Below are positions 7,695 through 17,837 of a DNA stretch of 32,000 nt, in pieces. Position numbers and translations under genes: made by a program. The stretch is from positions 1,260,001 through 1,292,000 of the forward strand of contig NC_014408.1 of assembly GCF_000145295.1 (NCBI RefSeq), in the 5' to 3' direction. The notes beneath the pieces were generated by a model that saw only the letters and a list, made by a program, of their open reading frames with translations, made no database searches and was not told the DNA's origin. The number at the start of each line of letters is the position of its first letter. The stretch's first letter is position 1. Source of the DNA: Methanothermobacter marburgensis str. Marburg (GTDB taxonomy: Archaea; Methanobacteriota; Methanobacteria; Methanobacteriales; Methanothermobacteraceae).

Positions 7695-10600
7695 TCACAT
7701 CCCATGGTATTCGTCAAGGGACTTCACAGTTATCCTCCCAAGTCGAACAGCCTCAATGGCATTAAGGGCCGCCCTTGCCCCAGCAAGTGTCGTAACATAG
7801 GGTATTCCAAGTTCAACCGCCATTCTCCTTATTAGATAGCCATCGTCGGCTGACTGCTTTCCTGATGGTGTGTTGATTATGAGACCAACTTCACCATTGA
7901 GTATGGAGTCCCTTATGTTTGGTGACCCCTGGCTCACCTTCCTCACAACCTCTATATCGGCTATGTCACTGATCGCCCTTGCTGTCCCGCGGGTTGCCAT
8001 GATCTTGAAGCCCAGGTCACTGGCCTTTTTAACGATGTCGGCTATCTTGTCCTTATCCTGGTCCCTGACGCTTATGAATACCTTGCCCTCTGTGAGGAGG
8101 TCCATGCTGGCAGATAGCTGGGACTTGTAGTAGGCTATACCGAAATTCTCATCGATGCCCATTGCCTCGCCGGTGGATTTCATCTCAGGGCCAAGCACCG
8201 AGTCTGCCCCTGGCAGTTTTATGAATGGAAACACTGACTCCTTCACTGCCACATGGTCTATCTCCTTCTCCTCTGTTAGTCCAAGGTCACTGAGCTTTGC
8301 CCCCATCATCAGCCTGGCAGCAATCTTGGCAAGTGGAACACCGGTGGCCTTGCTGACGAATGGAACGGTACGGCTGGCCCTGGGGTTAGCCTCGAGTATG
8401 TAAACTGCCGGCTCAGAGTCGGGTTTCACAGCGTACTGAATGTTTATTAAGCCCACAACATCAAGTTCAAGGGCCAGTTTCCTTGTGTAATCCTTTATGG
8501 TTTCAATTATTTCCTGTGGGATGCTCTGCGGTGGTATCACACACGCCGAGTCCCCTGAGTGAACCCCTGCCTCCTCTATGTGCTCCATTATCCCGCCGAT
8601 GTATACGCCAGTTCCATCGGAGAGTGCGTCCACATCAACCTCTATTGCATCCTCAAGGAACTTATCCACCAGGATAGGATGCTCGGGGGATACCCTCACA
8701 GCCTCCTTCATGTACTCCTCAAGCTCCCTCTCATCGTAGACTATCTCCATTGCCCTTCCACCGAGGACATATGATGGCCGTACAAGTACAGGGTACCCTA
8801 TGCGTTCAGCCACTTCCCTTGCATCCTCAAAGGACTTGGCGATCCCATAGGGTGCCTGCGGTATCCCCAGCTTATCAAGGACACGGGTGAACCTTTCACG
8901 GTCCTCAACCCTGTCTATGCTTTCATGTGGTGTACCCAGTATCCTGACACCCTCCTCTGCCAGGGGTACGGCAAGGTTTATGGATGTCTGGCCACCGAAC
9001 TGTACTACGACGCCCTCAGGTTTCTCCTTATCTATCACGGCAAGGACGTCCTCCAGTGTGAGGGGTTCAAAGTAGAGCTTATCAGATATGTCGTAATCTG
9101 TACTCACGGTTTCAGGGTTGTTGTTAACCATTATGGTCTCATAACCATCCTCAGTGAGAGCCATTGCCGCATGTACACAGCAGTAATCGAATTCTATACC
9201 CTGACCTATCCTTATTGGACCCGAACCTATGATGAGGACCTTCTTCCTGTCTGAGACCTCAACCTCATCTTCAAGGTCATAGCAGCCATAGTAGTAAGGT
9301 GTTTTCGCCTCAAATTCGGCTGCACATGTGTCAACCATCTTGTAGACAGGTTTTATATTATTCTTGAGCCTTAGGGACCTTATTTCTGACTCTGAAAGCC
9401 CTGTTATTGATGCCAGCCTTGAATCTGAAAAGCCCATCCTCTTGGCCTTAAGGAGGACCCTGGGATCCCTCAGGGATTCTCTGGTGAGGGATGACTCAAA
9501 GTTCACTATGTTCCAGATCTTCTCCAGGAAGAATGGGTCTATACCTGTCAGCTCATGTATCTCATCTATACCCATACCATCCTTAAGGGCTGTGTAGATC
9601 TGGAACAGTCTGAGGTCAGTGGGGTTTTCAAGGTCCTTCCTTGTGTAGGGTATCTCCATGAAGCCATCGGCACCTATATCAAGGGATCTTATGGCCTTGT
9701 TAAGGGATTCCTCAAGGGTTCTTCCTATGGCCATGACCTCCCCTGTGGATTTCATCTGAACCCCTATTTCCCGGCTTATCCCCCTGAACTTATCAAAGGG
9801 CCACCTTGGAATCTTTGTCACGATGTAGTCAATGGATGGCTCAAAGGATGCCGGTGTCTCCTTTGTTATGTCATTCTCTATCTCATCGAGGGTCATGCCC
9901 ACGGCAATCTTGGCGGCGATCTTGGCTATGGGGTAACCTGTGGCCTTTGATGCCAGTGCACTGCTCCTGCTCACCCTCGGGTTCACCTCTATGACCTTGT
10001 ATTCACCTGTCTCCGGGTGGACAGCGAACTGTATGTTGCAGCCCCCCTCAATCCTGAGGGCCCTTATGATCTTTATTGCCGCATCCCTCAGCCTCTGGTT
10101 GTCCTCGTCACTGAGGGTCTGGGCCGGTGCAACCACCACGCTCTCCCCGGTGTGTATGCCCATGGGGTCGATGTTCTCCATGTTACAGACGATTATGCAG
10201 GTGTCGTTGCGGTCCCTCATGACCTCATACTCGAATTCCTTCCAGCCAAGTACAGACTGGTCTATGAGGACCTGGTTGATGAAACTCATCTCAAGGCCCC
10301 TTGTGGCTATCTCAATGAGTTCATCGCGGTTGTGGGCCACCCCCCCACCTGTACCCCCAAGGGTGAACGCGGGCCTCACTATAACAGGATACCCTATCTC
10401 ATCAACAGCTTCAAGGGCCTCTTCAACTGAATTTACCGCTCTTGCTGCGGGTACTGGCTCGTTGAGTCTCTTCATGAAACTGTCAAAGAGGTCACGGTCC
10501 TCAACGTTTCTTATGGTCTCAATGGAGGACCCTATAACCCTCACACCCTCGAGGGCACCTATCTCTGCAAGACCCGTTGCAACGTTGAGGCCTGTCTGCC

Positions 10601-10874
10601 CCCCCATGGTTGGGAGTACCGCGTCGGGTTTCTCCTTTTCGATTATCTTTGCAACTATCTCAGGTGTGAGGGGCTCCACATAGACCCTGTCAGCCATTTC
10701 CATGTCGGTCTGGATGGTGGCAGGGTTTGAGTTCACGAGTACTGTCTCAATCCCCTCCTCCCTCAGTGATTTGCATGCCTGAGAACCTGAATAATCAAAT
10801 TCAGCAGCCTGCCCTATCTGTATAGGGCCAGATCCTATGATAAGTACCTTGTTGATGCTTTCATCCCGCGGCAT
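7695..10874 (-). CDS. carB: carbamoyl-phosphate synthase large subunit
   Basis: 1059 aa with two homologous ATP-grasp halves ([25 protein letters not shown] and [25 protein letters not shown]), [22 protein letters not shown] and [22 protein letters not shown], and an MGS-like C-terminal domain. Confidence 0.97.
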   Translation of the reverse strand: MPRDESINKVLIIGSGPIQIGQAAEFDYSGSQACKSLREEGIETVLVNSNPATIQTDMEMADRVYVEPLTPEIVAKIIEKEKPDAVLPTMGGQTGLNVATGLAEIGALEGVRVIGSSIETIRNVEDRDLFDSFMKRLNEPVPAARAVNSVEEALEAVDEIGYPVIVRPAFTLGGTGGGVAHNRDELIEIATRGLEMSFINQVLIDQSVLGWKEFEYEVMRDRNDTCIIVCNMENIDPMGIHTGESVVVAPAQTLSDEDNQRLRDAAIKIIRALRIEGGCNIQFAVHPETGEYKVIEVNPRVSRSSALASKATGYPIAKIAAKIAVGMTLDEIENDITKETPASFEPSIDYIVTKIPRWPFDKFRGISREIGVQMKSTGEVMAIGRTLEESLNKAIRSLDIGADGFMEIPYTRKDLENPTDLRLFQIYTALKDGMGIDEIHELTGIDPFFLEKIWNIVNFESSLTRESLRDPRVLLKAKRMGFSDSRLASITGLSESEIRSLRLKNNIKPVYKMVDTCAAEFEAKTPYYYGCYDLEDEVEVSDRKKVLIIGSGPIRIGQGIEFDYCCVHAAMALTEDGYETIMVNNNPETVSTDYDISDKLYFEPLTLEDVLAVIDKEKPEGVVVQFGGQTSINLAVPLAEEGVRILGTPHESIDRVEDRERFTRVLDKLGIPQAPYGIAKSFEDAREVAERIGYPVLVRPSYVLGGRAMEIVYDERELEEYMKEAVRVSPEHPILVDKFLEDAIEVDVDALSDGTGVYIGGIMEHIEEAGVHSGDSACVIPPQSIPQEIIETIKDYTRKLALELDVVGLINIQYAVKPDSEPAVYILEANPRASRTVPFVSKATGVPLAKIAARLMMGAKLSDLGLTEEKEIDHVAVKESVFPFIKLPGADSVLGPEMKSTGEAMGIDENFGIAYYKSQLSASMDLLTEGKVFISVRDQDKDKIADIVKKASDLGFKIMATRGTARAISDIADIEVVRKVSQGSPNIRDSILNGEVGLIINTPSGKQSADDGYLIRRMAVELGIPYVTTLAGARAALNAIEAVRLGRITVKSLDEYHGM

Positions 10875-10897
10875 TTTATCCCCATCTTCCTCTTATC

Positions 10898-11980
10898 CTA
10901 GTATTCTTTCATAACACTTACAAGACGATCAAAGATGTTCACAGTATCATGTGGTCCTGGTCCTGCCTCAGGGTGGTACTGGACACTGAAAACCGGGAGT
11001 TCCCTGTGCTCTATTGCCTCAGGTGTCCCGTCGTTGAGGTTCAGCTGTGTGATCTCAATATCCGTCCCCCTTACTGAGTCCGGGTCGATGGTGAACCCGT
11101 GGTTCTGGGATGTTATTGAGACTGTACCTGTCCTTAGGTCCTTCACCGGCTGGTTTATACCTCTGTGCCCGAATTTCATCTTGTATATGCTGGCCCCGAA
11201 TGCAAGGCCGATTATCTGCTGTCCAAGACATATCCCGAATATGGGCAGCTGTTCTGATAGTGTTCTGACCGTGCTTATGGCCTTCTTCACCCTTGTGGGG
11301 TCACCAGGTCCGCTTGATATTAGGAGCGCGTCAGGGTCATATTCCATTATTTCCTCTGGCTCCATTCTGTAGGGTACAAGAGCAACACCAACATCCCTTT
11401 CAAGGAGGGCCTTTATGCTGTTTCTCTTGATTCCGCAGTCAACTATAACAACCCTCCTCTCTGCGTCCTCATTCATGGTGACCGGTTCGGTAACACATAC
11501 CTGGTCCACAAGGTCAATCTCGGTTATGTCCGGTTGATTCACTGCCAGTTCAAGGAGTTCATCATCATCAATCTCCTCTGTTGCAAGGGCACCCTTCATG
11601 GTACCCCTCTCCCTTATCTTTATGGTGAGGGCCCTTGTGTCAACACCCGCTATGCCAGGGATTTCATATTCCTCCAGGAACTCTGAGAGTGTCTTTTCTG
11701 ATAGCTGGTGTGAGGGTTTCTGGCATTCCTCCCTCACTATCAGGCCCTCGGCCTTTATACCATCTGACTGGTACCACTCCTCAGATATTCCATAGTTACC
11801 CTGCAGGGGGTAGGTTGGCATGAGTATCTGGCCCTTGTATGAGGGATCTGTGAGTGATTCAACATAACCCGTCATCCCGGTTGCAAATACAACTTCCCCC
11901 GTCTTCACTGTTTCAAATCCAAATGCCTCTCCTTTTATTATCGTACCATCTTCCAAGGCTAATTTTGCTTCCCTAAACAT
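10898..11980 (-). CDS. carA: carbamoyl-phosphate synthase small (glutaminase) subunit
   Basis: 360 aa. CPSase small-chain N-domain ([26 protein letters not shown]) plus class-I GATase with nucleophile elbow [10 protein letters not shown] and the VQYHPEA His/Glu pair. It lies 23 nt upstream of carB on the same strand. Confidence 0.97.
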   Translation of the reverse strand: MFREAKLALEDGTIIKGEAFGFETVKTGEVVFATGMTGYVESLTDPSYKGQILMPTYPLQGNYGISEEWYQSDGIKAEGLIVREECQKPSHQLSEKTLSEFLEEYEIPGIAGVDTRALTIKIRERGTMKGALATEEIDDDELLELAVNQPDITEIDLVDQVCVTEPVTMNEDAERRVVIVDCGIKRNSIKALLERDVGVALVPYRMEPEEIMEYDPDALLISSGPGDPTRVKKAISTVRTLSEQLPIFGICLGQQIIGLAFGASIYKMKFGHRGINQPVKDLRTGTVSITSQNHGFTIDPDSVRGTDIEITQLNLNDGTPEAIEHRELPVFSVQYHPEAGPGPHDTVNIFDRLVSVMKEY

Positions 11981-12020
11981 TTCACCACCGTGATCATGAC
12001 TTCTGACTGATTAGATTAAT

Positions 12021-12488
12021 TTAATATTCATGACCATAAGGAGAATCCCCTCCAGAGTGGAGATCCATCCTCATCACCACAGCGTCCTCTCCATCCTCAT
12101 AGTAGTTTGCTATAACCTTCTCCTCACTGAAGCCAAGGGCCCTGTAGAAATTTATGGCCCCTCTATTCTTTGCCCTTACCTCCAGTTTAATATTTTTAAT
12201 ATGAAATTTTTCAAATATACCTATGGCTGTCCTCACAAGTTCAGCCCCGACACCCTGGCGGCGGTAATCTTTATCAACTGCAAGTGAGATAATATGACCT
12301 TCATCCTCAAAGCGGATCCAGAATATTATGAATCCAACGACCCTGCCGTCCTCCTGGGCCACGAGGAAACCTGCTCCAAGGTTGTATATGTCCCTCAGGA
12401 GGTGTGCCGGATAGGGATCAGCAAATGATTCCCTCTCAATCTTCAGGACCGTTTTAAGGTCCTGTGGTCTGAATTCCCTTACTATCAT
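12021..12488 (-). CDS. rimI: GNAT N-acetyltransferase, RimI/Ard1-like
   Basis: 155 aa. Acetyl-CoA motif LAVDKDYRRQGVGAELV, plus NRGAINFYRALGF. Size and layout are typical of archaeal RimI/NatA-like enzymes. Confidence 0.8.
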   Translation of the reverse strand: MIVREFRPQDLKTVLKIERESFADPYPAHLLRDIYNLGAGFLVAQEDGRVVGFIIFWIRFEDEGHIISLAVDKDYRRQGVGAELVRTAIGIFEKFHIKNIKLEVRAKNRGAINFYRALGFSEEKVIANYYEDGEDAVVMRMDLHSGGDSPYGHEY

Positions 12489-12506
12489 CTCTATCTCCGT
12501 GGTACA

Positions 12507-12893
12507 ATGTGGAAAGATCTTGCACTTTACATAATCAGGAGCTCGCAGCCATCCGACCGTGTTGTTGAGGTTGGTGCCGGTAGATTCCTGTATGTTTCAG
12601 ATTATATCATGAAACATTCAAAAGTTGATTTGGTTCTAACAGATATTAAACCTTCCCGTGGGGACATAATTTACGATGACATCACATCACCGGATATGGA
12701 TATCTACAGGGATGCCGCCACAATATACTCCATAAGACCCCCATCTGAACTCCACAACCCCCTTATGATGGTAGCGGACGCAACTGGTGCCCGGCTGATC
12801 ATAAAACCACTCACTGGGGAAAATATGGCCACAGAAAAACCCATGAAACTTGTAAATTACAGAAAAACCTTTTTCTACGAGTACAGTCCATAA
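12507..12893 (+). CDS. small Rossmann-like protein, UPF0146-type (methyltransferase-fold, function unknown)
   Basis: 128 aa. Glycine-rich loop VVEVGAGRF followed by acidic strand ends (LVLTDIKP, IYDDI), as in SAM/nucleotide-binding folds. I recall a UPF0146 family member at this position in Methanothermobacter, from memory and unverified. Confidence 0.6.
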   Translation: MWKDLALYIIRSSQPSDRVVEVGAGRFLYVSDYIMKHSKVDLVLTDIKPSRGDIIYDDITSPDMDIYRDAATIYSIRPPSELHNPLMMVADATGARLIIKPLTGENMATEKPMKLVNYRKTFFYEYSP

Positions 12894-13097
12894 AGCCATC
12901 CGATTTTAGGATGTCCTCAAAGTGGATTAACCTGAGATAATTTGATTCAGAGGCGATCCCACCACAATCACACCAGTTCATTAATAATATATACTTTATA
13001 AACTGGATAATGAATGTCAGTGGGGTAATCCAATTCAAAAAATATCATGATCCTAGATCTTAAGAAAATTACCAAAATAAATTGAAAAGTGTTAAAA

Positions 13098-15596
13098 ATG
13101 AAATGGGCCAGGATGAGTGTAAAGGAAGTCTTGAAGGAACTTAAAACGTCAGAAAATGGTTTAAATTCAGATGAAGCAGCCAGAAGACTTGAAACTTATG
13201 GTAAAAACGAACTGGTTGAGGAGAAAAAGGCAGGTCCCCTCAGAATGTTCCTTGCCCAGTTCATGGATATACTCATCATACTACTCATACTTGCGGCTGT
13301 GGCATCCTACTTTGTGGGTGATGTGCTTGATTCTGCAGTCATACTCTTCGTGGTGGTTGTGAATGCCACAGTTGGCTTCATACAGGAGTACAGGGCCGAG
13401 CAAGCAATGGAGAAACTCAAGGGCCTGGTATCAACTGAGGCCACGGTTATAAGGGATGGTATGACTCAGAAAATACCTGCCTCTGAGCTCACAATAGGGG
13501 ATATTTTAATCATAGAGGAGGGGGACAATGTACCTGCAGATATCAGACTCATAGAAGCCTATGACCTCCGCATAGACGAATCCACCCTCACAGGAGAATC
13601 CATACCCGTTCAGAAGACACATGAGAACCCTGAGGATGAAAGGGATGTTATCGCATTCATGGACTCTGACGTTGTATCAGGTCGCGGTAAGGGTGCCGTA
13701 ATAGCAGTGGGTATGGATACATCAATAGGCAGGATAGCCGAGATGATACAGGAGGATGAGGGTAAGACACCTCTGCAGGAGAAGATATCCTCCCTTGGAA
13801 AAAGCCTTGGGCTCATAGCGGTGGTTGTATGTGCCATGGTATTCGCCATACAGTTCCTCCGCGGACTTCCACTGGTTGACACCTTCATGACCGCTGTTTC
13901 ACTTGCAGTTGCCTCTGTACCCGAGGGCCTTCCCGCCATACTGACACTGACCCTTGCACTGGGTATGCAGCGGATGGCCCGGAGCAATGCCATTGTAAGG
14001 AGGCTCCTTGCAGTTGAAACCCTGGGTTCATGTTCGGTTATCTGCACCGACAAGACAGGTACACTCACCCATAACCGGATGACCGTGAGGGAATCAGAGC
14101 TCACCTCACCAGAGATGGCACTCCTTGTATCAGCACTCTGCAACAACGCCACAATATCAGATGGCAAAGTCATAGGGGACCCAACCGATGCCGCCATACT
14201 GAGCTTCGCTGATGAAAATGGACACAGCAGAAAGGAGCTTGAGGAGAAATACCCCCGTCTCATGGAAATACCCCTCGACAGTAAAAGGAAGAGGATGACC
14301 ACCATAAACCAGCTGGGTGACGGGCGATACCTCCTCATCAAGGGGGCCCCTGAGATAATACTCAGTAGATGCAGTTACGTGGATTATAACGGCTCCCTGA
14401 GGGCAATGGATGATGATGAACTGGGCAAATGGATGTCCAGGCTCAACGATATGACATCAAGGGCCCTCCGTGTTCTGGCCCTTGCATACCGGAAACTGCC
14501 TGATGGCGATGAGGAGGAGAGGGACCTTGTGTTCGCTGGCCTCGTCGGTATGATGGACCCTCCACGAAAGGAGGCTGCCGATGCCATAGAGACCTGCAGG
14601 AAGGCAGGTATAAAGGTTGTTATGATCACAGGCGACCACAGGGACACCGCGGTTGCCATAGCACGCGAACTGGGACTCATGGATGATGGTCTGGCCCTCA
14701 CAGGAAGGGAACTCGATGAACTCTCTGATGACGAATTCGAGGATATGGTGGAGGACGTGAGGGTCTATGCCCGTGTCTTCCCTGAACAGAAGGTCAGAAT
14801 AGTTGAGGCCCTCCAGAGGAGGGACCACGTGGTTGCCATGACCGGTGATGGTGTAAACGACTCCCCCGCCCTCAAAAAGGCCGCCATAGGTGTAGCAATG
14901 GGCAGCGGGACGGACGTTGCAAGGGAATCATCTGACATGGTGCTCCAGGATGATAACTTCGCAACGATTGTTAAAGCTGTGAGGGAGGGGCGGACCATCT
15001 TCGATAACATAAGGCGCTTCGTTAAGTTCCAGCTTTCAACAAATGTCGGGGCCATCCTCACAATCGTATCGGCCTCACTCATCAACCTTCCTGTACCATT
15101 CAATCCGATACAGATACTCTGGATAAACATAATAATGGACGGTCCCCCTGCACAGTCCCTTGGTGTTGAGCCCCCTGAATCCGATATAATGCTCAGAAAA
15201 CCCGAGAGGGAGGATATAATGCCAAGAAGGAACCTGCTGCGTATAGTAATTGCAGGTGCTGTCATGGCAGCAGGGACGCTGGGGCTCTACATCTACATGC
15301 TCTCCTCAGGGAACAGTGTTGAGCGGGCGATGACAGTTGCATTCACGGTCTTTGTGATGTTCCAGATATTCAACGTATTCAACTGCAAGTCAAGGACCGG
15401 ATTTTCCAACAGGACCCTCCTTGTTGCTGTTGCAGCCTCACTCCTGCTGCAGATACTGGTGGTCTACCTTGCACCCCTTGAGGGTGTATTCAGGACCGTC
15501 CCCCTCACGGTTACAGACTGGGTCCTCATAGTCGCAGTGGCTTCCCTCATACTGATTGCAGAGGCCCTCATGAGGTTTGCTGACGGGCGGGAATGA
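13098..15596 (+). CDS. P-type ATPase, type II (SERCA/PacL-like cation pump)
   Basis: Phosphorylation site ICTDKTGTLTHN, TM4 motif VPEGLPAIL, MITGDH, hinge TGDGVNDSPALKKAAIGVAMG. There is no CPC/CPH heavy-metal motif. The ORF opens at GTG 13089, but ATG 13098 (MKWARMSVKEVLKEL) fits the family N-terminus better. Confidence 0.93.
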   Translation: MKWARMSVKEVLKELKTSENGLNSDEAARRLETYGKNELVEEKKAGPLRMFLAQFMDILIILLILAAVASYFVGDVLDSAVILFVVVVNATVGFIQEYRAEQAMEKLKGLVSTEATVIRDGMTQKIPASELTIGDILIIEEGDNVPADIRLIEAYDLRIDESTLTGESIPVQKTHENPEDERDVIAFMDSDVVSGRGKGAVIAVGMDTSIGRIAEMIQEDEGKTPLQEKISSLGKSLGLIAVVVCAMVFAIQFLRGLPLVDTFMTAVSLAVASVPEGLPAILTLTLALGMQRMARSNAIVRRLLAVETLGSCSVICTDKTGTLTHNRMTVRESELTSPEMALLVSALCNNATISDGKVIGDPTDAAILSFADENGHSRKELEEKYPRLMEIPLDSKRKRMTTINQLGDGRYLLIKGAPEIILSRCSYVDYNGSLRAMDDDELGKWMSRLNDMTSRALRVLALAYRKLPDGDEEERDLVFAGLVGMMDPPRKEAADAIETCRKAGIKVVMITGDHRDTAVAIARELGLMDDGLALTGRELDELSDDEFEDMVEDVRVYARVFPEQKVRIVEALQRRDHVVAMTGDGVNDSPALKKAAIGVAMGSGTDVARESSDMVLQDDNFATIVKAVREGRTIFDNIRRFVKFQLSTNVGAILTIVSASLINLPVPFNPIQILWINIIMDGPPAQSLGVEPPESDIMLRKPEREDIMPRRNLLRIVIAGAVMAAGTLGLYIYMLSSGNSVERAMTVAFTVFVMFQIFNVFNCKSRTGFSNRTLLVAVAASLLLQILVVYLAPLEGVFRTVPLTVTDWVLIVAVASLILIAEALMRFADGRE

Positions 15597-15599
15597 CCT

Positions 15600-16397
15600 A
15601 TGAATGTTATTGTGATGGCAGGAACCAGGGATGCCCGGAGGATCATAGAAGAACTCTCAAGGGATCCAAGAATTGATATAACTGCCACTGCAACCACCGA
15701 ATACGGTGCTGAGCTTGCTGAAAGTTCAGGGGCATTAAGAACAGTCAGAGGGCCCCTTGACAGGTCCGGACTGGGCGAACTGATAGATGAAATCGGTGCA
15801 GAACTCCTCATAGACGCCACCCACCCCTTCGCCACAAGGGCCACTGAAAATGCACTCCTGGCATGCCATGATACAGGCATAACCTACCTGAGGTTCGAAA
15901 GACCACTGCTGGATGTTGAGGGGGCCATAAGGGTTGAATCATTCAGGGAGGCCGGGGAGGTGGCCTCATCACTCCTCAGGGAGGGTGAGGTGGCGATGCA
16001 CCTTGCAGGGGTCTCAACACTACCTGAGGTTCTTGAGTCACTGGATCCAGAGAGGGTTGCCGTCCGGGTCCTGCCACAGACCTCATCAATTGAGGCATGC
16101 CACAGGCTCGGAGTGCCCCCCGAACAGATCATCGCAATGCAGGGCACATTCTCCCCAGAGATGAACAGGGTGCTCATGAAGGAATACCGTGCAGGTGCGG
16201 TTATCACCAAGGATAGTGGTGAGACAGGAGGTCTCCGTGAGAAGGTTGCCACTGCATCAGAGCTTGGAATACCCATCATCCTCGTTGAGAGGCCAAGGGT
16301 TGACCTGAAAGGCGAGAAGGTATTCCATGACATTAATGAACTTGTGGAATATGTCACAGAGATCCTGAATAAAAAAGAAACTGATAACTGCTTTTAA
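15600..16397 (+). CDS. cbiJ: cobalt-precorrin-6A reductase (CbiJ/CobK family)
   Basis: 265 aa. N-terminus VIVMAGTRDARRI, IDATHPFA, and C-terminal VITKDSGETGG...K match my recollection of CobK/CbiJ. It starts 3 nt after the ATPase stop. Confidence 0.8.
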   Translation: MNVIVMAGTRDARRIIEELSRDPRIDITATATTEYGAELAESSGALRTVRGPLDRSGLGELIDEIGAELLIDATHPFATRATENALLACHDTGITYLRFERPLLDVEGAIRVESFREAGEVASSLLREGEVAMHLAGVSTLPEVLESLDPERVAVRVLPQTSSIEACHRLGVPPEQIIAMQGTFSPEMNRVLMKEYRAGAVITKDSGETGGLREKVATASELGIPIILVERPRVDLKGEKVFHDINELVEYVTEILNKKETDNCF

Positions 16398-16465
16398 ATC
16401 TTTAAAGAACATGCACTAAAAAAATTAGAATAGAAACTGATAACTGCTTTTAAATCTTTAAAGAA
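16377..16465. repeat. 33-bp perfect direct repeat (2 copies, 56-bp period); copy 1 contains the cbiJ stop codon
   Basis: GAAACTGATAACTGCTTTTAAATCTTTAAAGAA occurs at 16377-16409 and again at 16433-16465. The 23-nt spacer contains an A7 run. Confidence 0.95.
16418..16424 (-). terminator. T7 tract downstream of moeA
   Basis: An A7 run on the + strand is a T7 run on the minus strand, 47 nt after the moeA stop. It lies in the spacer between the two 33-bp repeat copies. Confidence 0.35.
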
Positions 16466-16470
16466 TAAGT

Positions 16471-17697
16471 TCACCGATTCTCAAAGAGGACAACCTCAAC
16501 CTCCTCTCCTTCATTGAGTATTTCAACGTTCTTTGGCACCTCAATGTATCCATCGGCCCCTGCAAGGGCTGCTATTGCACCAGAATCCTTGAATATGGGC
16601 CTTGCATACTGGCCATCAACCCTCACAAGTGCATACTGGACCCTGCCCCTTGATGAGTGGAATCTCTCGGCAAGTTTAAGTGTCTTCACAGAACCCTCAG
16701 GGGCTTTTATTCCCGAGAGTTCCCTGAGGAATGGTTCTACGAGTGACCTGAAAACCAGAAGGGCTGCAACCGGGAAACCTGGGAGCCCCACCACCATCTT
16801 ACCATCAACCACCCCCACTATGGTGGGCTTACCCGGCTTCATGGAGATGCCGTGAATGACCACCTCACCAAGATCCTCAAGCACATCCGCCAGGACATCG
16901 CCCGCCCCCGCAGAGGTGCCACCTGAGGTTATAACGAGGTCCGCTTTACCCAGCCCCTCAATGAGGCCCCTCCTGAGTTCATCGTAATCATCCCTCACTA
17001 TACCCCCACGGCTGACACTGCAGCCGGCATCCCTGAGGGCCGCAGATATTCCCAGAGAATTTGAATCAAATATCTTTGCAGGTTCAAGTCTCCCTGAGGG
17101 CTCAATGAGCTCATTACCCGTTGATATGACATGTACTGATGGTCTCGATACAACCCTCACCGAGGTGACCCCTGCAGCTGAAAGCGCTGCGATCTTGTCG
17201 GGTGAGAGTACCTTCCCGCCCCCAACAAGTACACTGCCCGCCCCAATATCAGATCCAGCCGCCGCGATATGCTGCGAGGGGTATGCCGGCCTATGGATGT
17301 AGACATCCTCACCACTAACCTCAGTGTACTCAACCATGACAACTGCATCGGCACCCTCAGGTACAGGCGCCCCCGTACTTATCCTGGTGCATGAACCGCT
17401 TTCAACCCTCCTTGATGGCAAAGAGCCTGCCTCAACCGTCTCGATACACCTGAGCCTCACCGGTTTCTCATCGCCTGCCCCGAAGGTATCTGAGGCCACC
17501 ACCGCATACCCATCCCGGGATGCCCTGTCAAATGGTGGCAGGTCGATGGGGCTTTCAACATCCTCTGCAAGTACCCTCCCAACTGCATCATCAATGTTAA
17601 CGGTTTCGGAACATCTACTGTAAAGTTCCCTGAAGAGATCAGCCATTATCCCCCTTGCATCGTCCAGATCGATTATATCAAGAAATTCAACTCCCAT
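16471..17697 (-). CDS. moeA: molybdopterin molybdenumtransferase MoeA
   Basis: 408 aa. LPPFDRASRDGYAV, VITSGGTSAGAGD and GLPGFPVAALL are the classic MoeA motifs. Confidence 0.9.
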   Translation of the reverse strand: MGVEFLDIIDLDDARGIMADLFRELYSRCSETVNIDDAVGRVLAEDVESPIDLPPFDRASRDGYAVVASDTFGAGDEKPVRLRCIETVEAGSLPSRRVESGSCTRISTGAPVPEGADAVVMVEYTEVSGEDVYIHRPAYPSQHIAAAGSDIGAGSVLVGGGKVLSPDKIAALSAAGVTSVRVVSRPSVHVISTGNELIEPSGRLEPAKIFDSNSLGISAALRDAGCSVSRGGIVRDDYDELRRGLIEGLGKADLVITSGGTSAGAGDVLADVLEDLGEVVIHGISMKPGKPTIVGVVDGKMVVGLPGFPVAALLVFRSLVEPFLRELSGIKAPEGSVKTLKLAERFHSSRGRVQYALVRVDGQYARPIFKDSGAIAALAGADGYIEVPKNVEILNEGEEVEVVLFENR

Positions 17698-17730
17698 TGG
17701 ATCACCATTAAAAGCAGTCTAAGCAATTTA

Positions 17731-17738
17731 TTTATATC
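17731..17738 (+). promoter_or_regulatory. candidate archaeal TATA box for aIF-1A/rio1 (possibly bidirectional with moeA)
   Basis: TTTATATC lies in the 140-bp divergent gap, about 100 nt upstream of TTG 17838. Its reverse complement GATATAAATAAA lies 30-43 nt upstream of the moeA ATG at 17697. Confidence 0.35.
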
Positions 17739-17768
17739 TGCACCGGTAATAAATTATACTGTCTATTT

Positions 17769-17806
17769 CTTTGATTGCTGAATGTGTAATCGCATTAGAA
17801 TCAAAG
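17769..17806 (+). promoter_or_regulatory. imperfect inverted repeat / potential leader hairpin upstream of aIF-1A
   Basis: CTTTGATT (17769-17776) pairs with AATCAAAG (17799-17806). The inner pairs CT/AG and AATG/CATT give 14 bp with two 1-nt bulges and an 8-nt loop. Confidence 0.35.
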
Positions 17807-17837
17807 TTAATCAACGAAAAAAAGAGGAGGAGAGTAT

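Noticed and set aside
9940-10683. Long antisense ORFs inside carB (247 aa here; also 8155-8403, 9555-9950, 10017-10430) and analogous ones inside carA, the ATPase (13610-14341, 14765-15265), cbiJ (15884-16357), moeA, hemA, sirC, atwA and others.
   Set aside because: All lie opposite genes with strong family motifs. Their translations are Ser/Pro/Arg/Leu-rich and low-complexity with no motifs. This is typical of codon-bias shadows in this genome.
12811-13038. 75-aa minus-strand ORF spanning the UPF0146 3' end and the spacer before the ATPase gene, plus the 70-aa ORF at 12687-12899.
   Set aside because: They overlap a better-supported + strand gene, have no SD, and have odd Cys/Trp/Phe-rich composition. 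They are probably spurious.
13098-16397. The idea that the P-type ATPase is a cobalt or nickel transporter serving cbiJ/cobamide synthesis.
   Set aside because: TM4 carries PEGLP (type II, Ca/Na/K-type) rather than the CPC/CPH/SPC motif of P1B heavy-metal pumps, and there is no N-terminal metal-binding domain.
16377-16465. The 33-bp direct repeats as att sites or a target-site duplication of an integrated element.
   Set aside because: Only 23 nt separate the copies. There is no cargo, no integrase or transposase, and no terminal inverted repeats. A local tandem duplication is the simpler reading.
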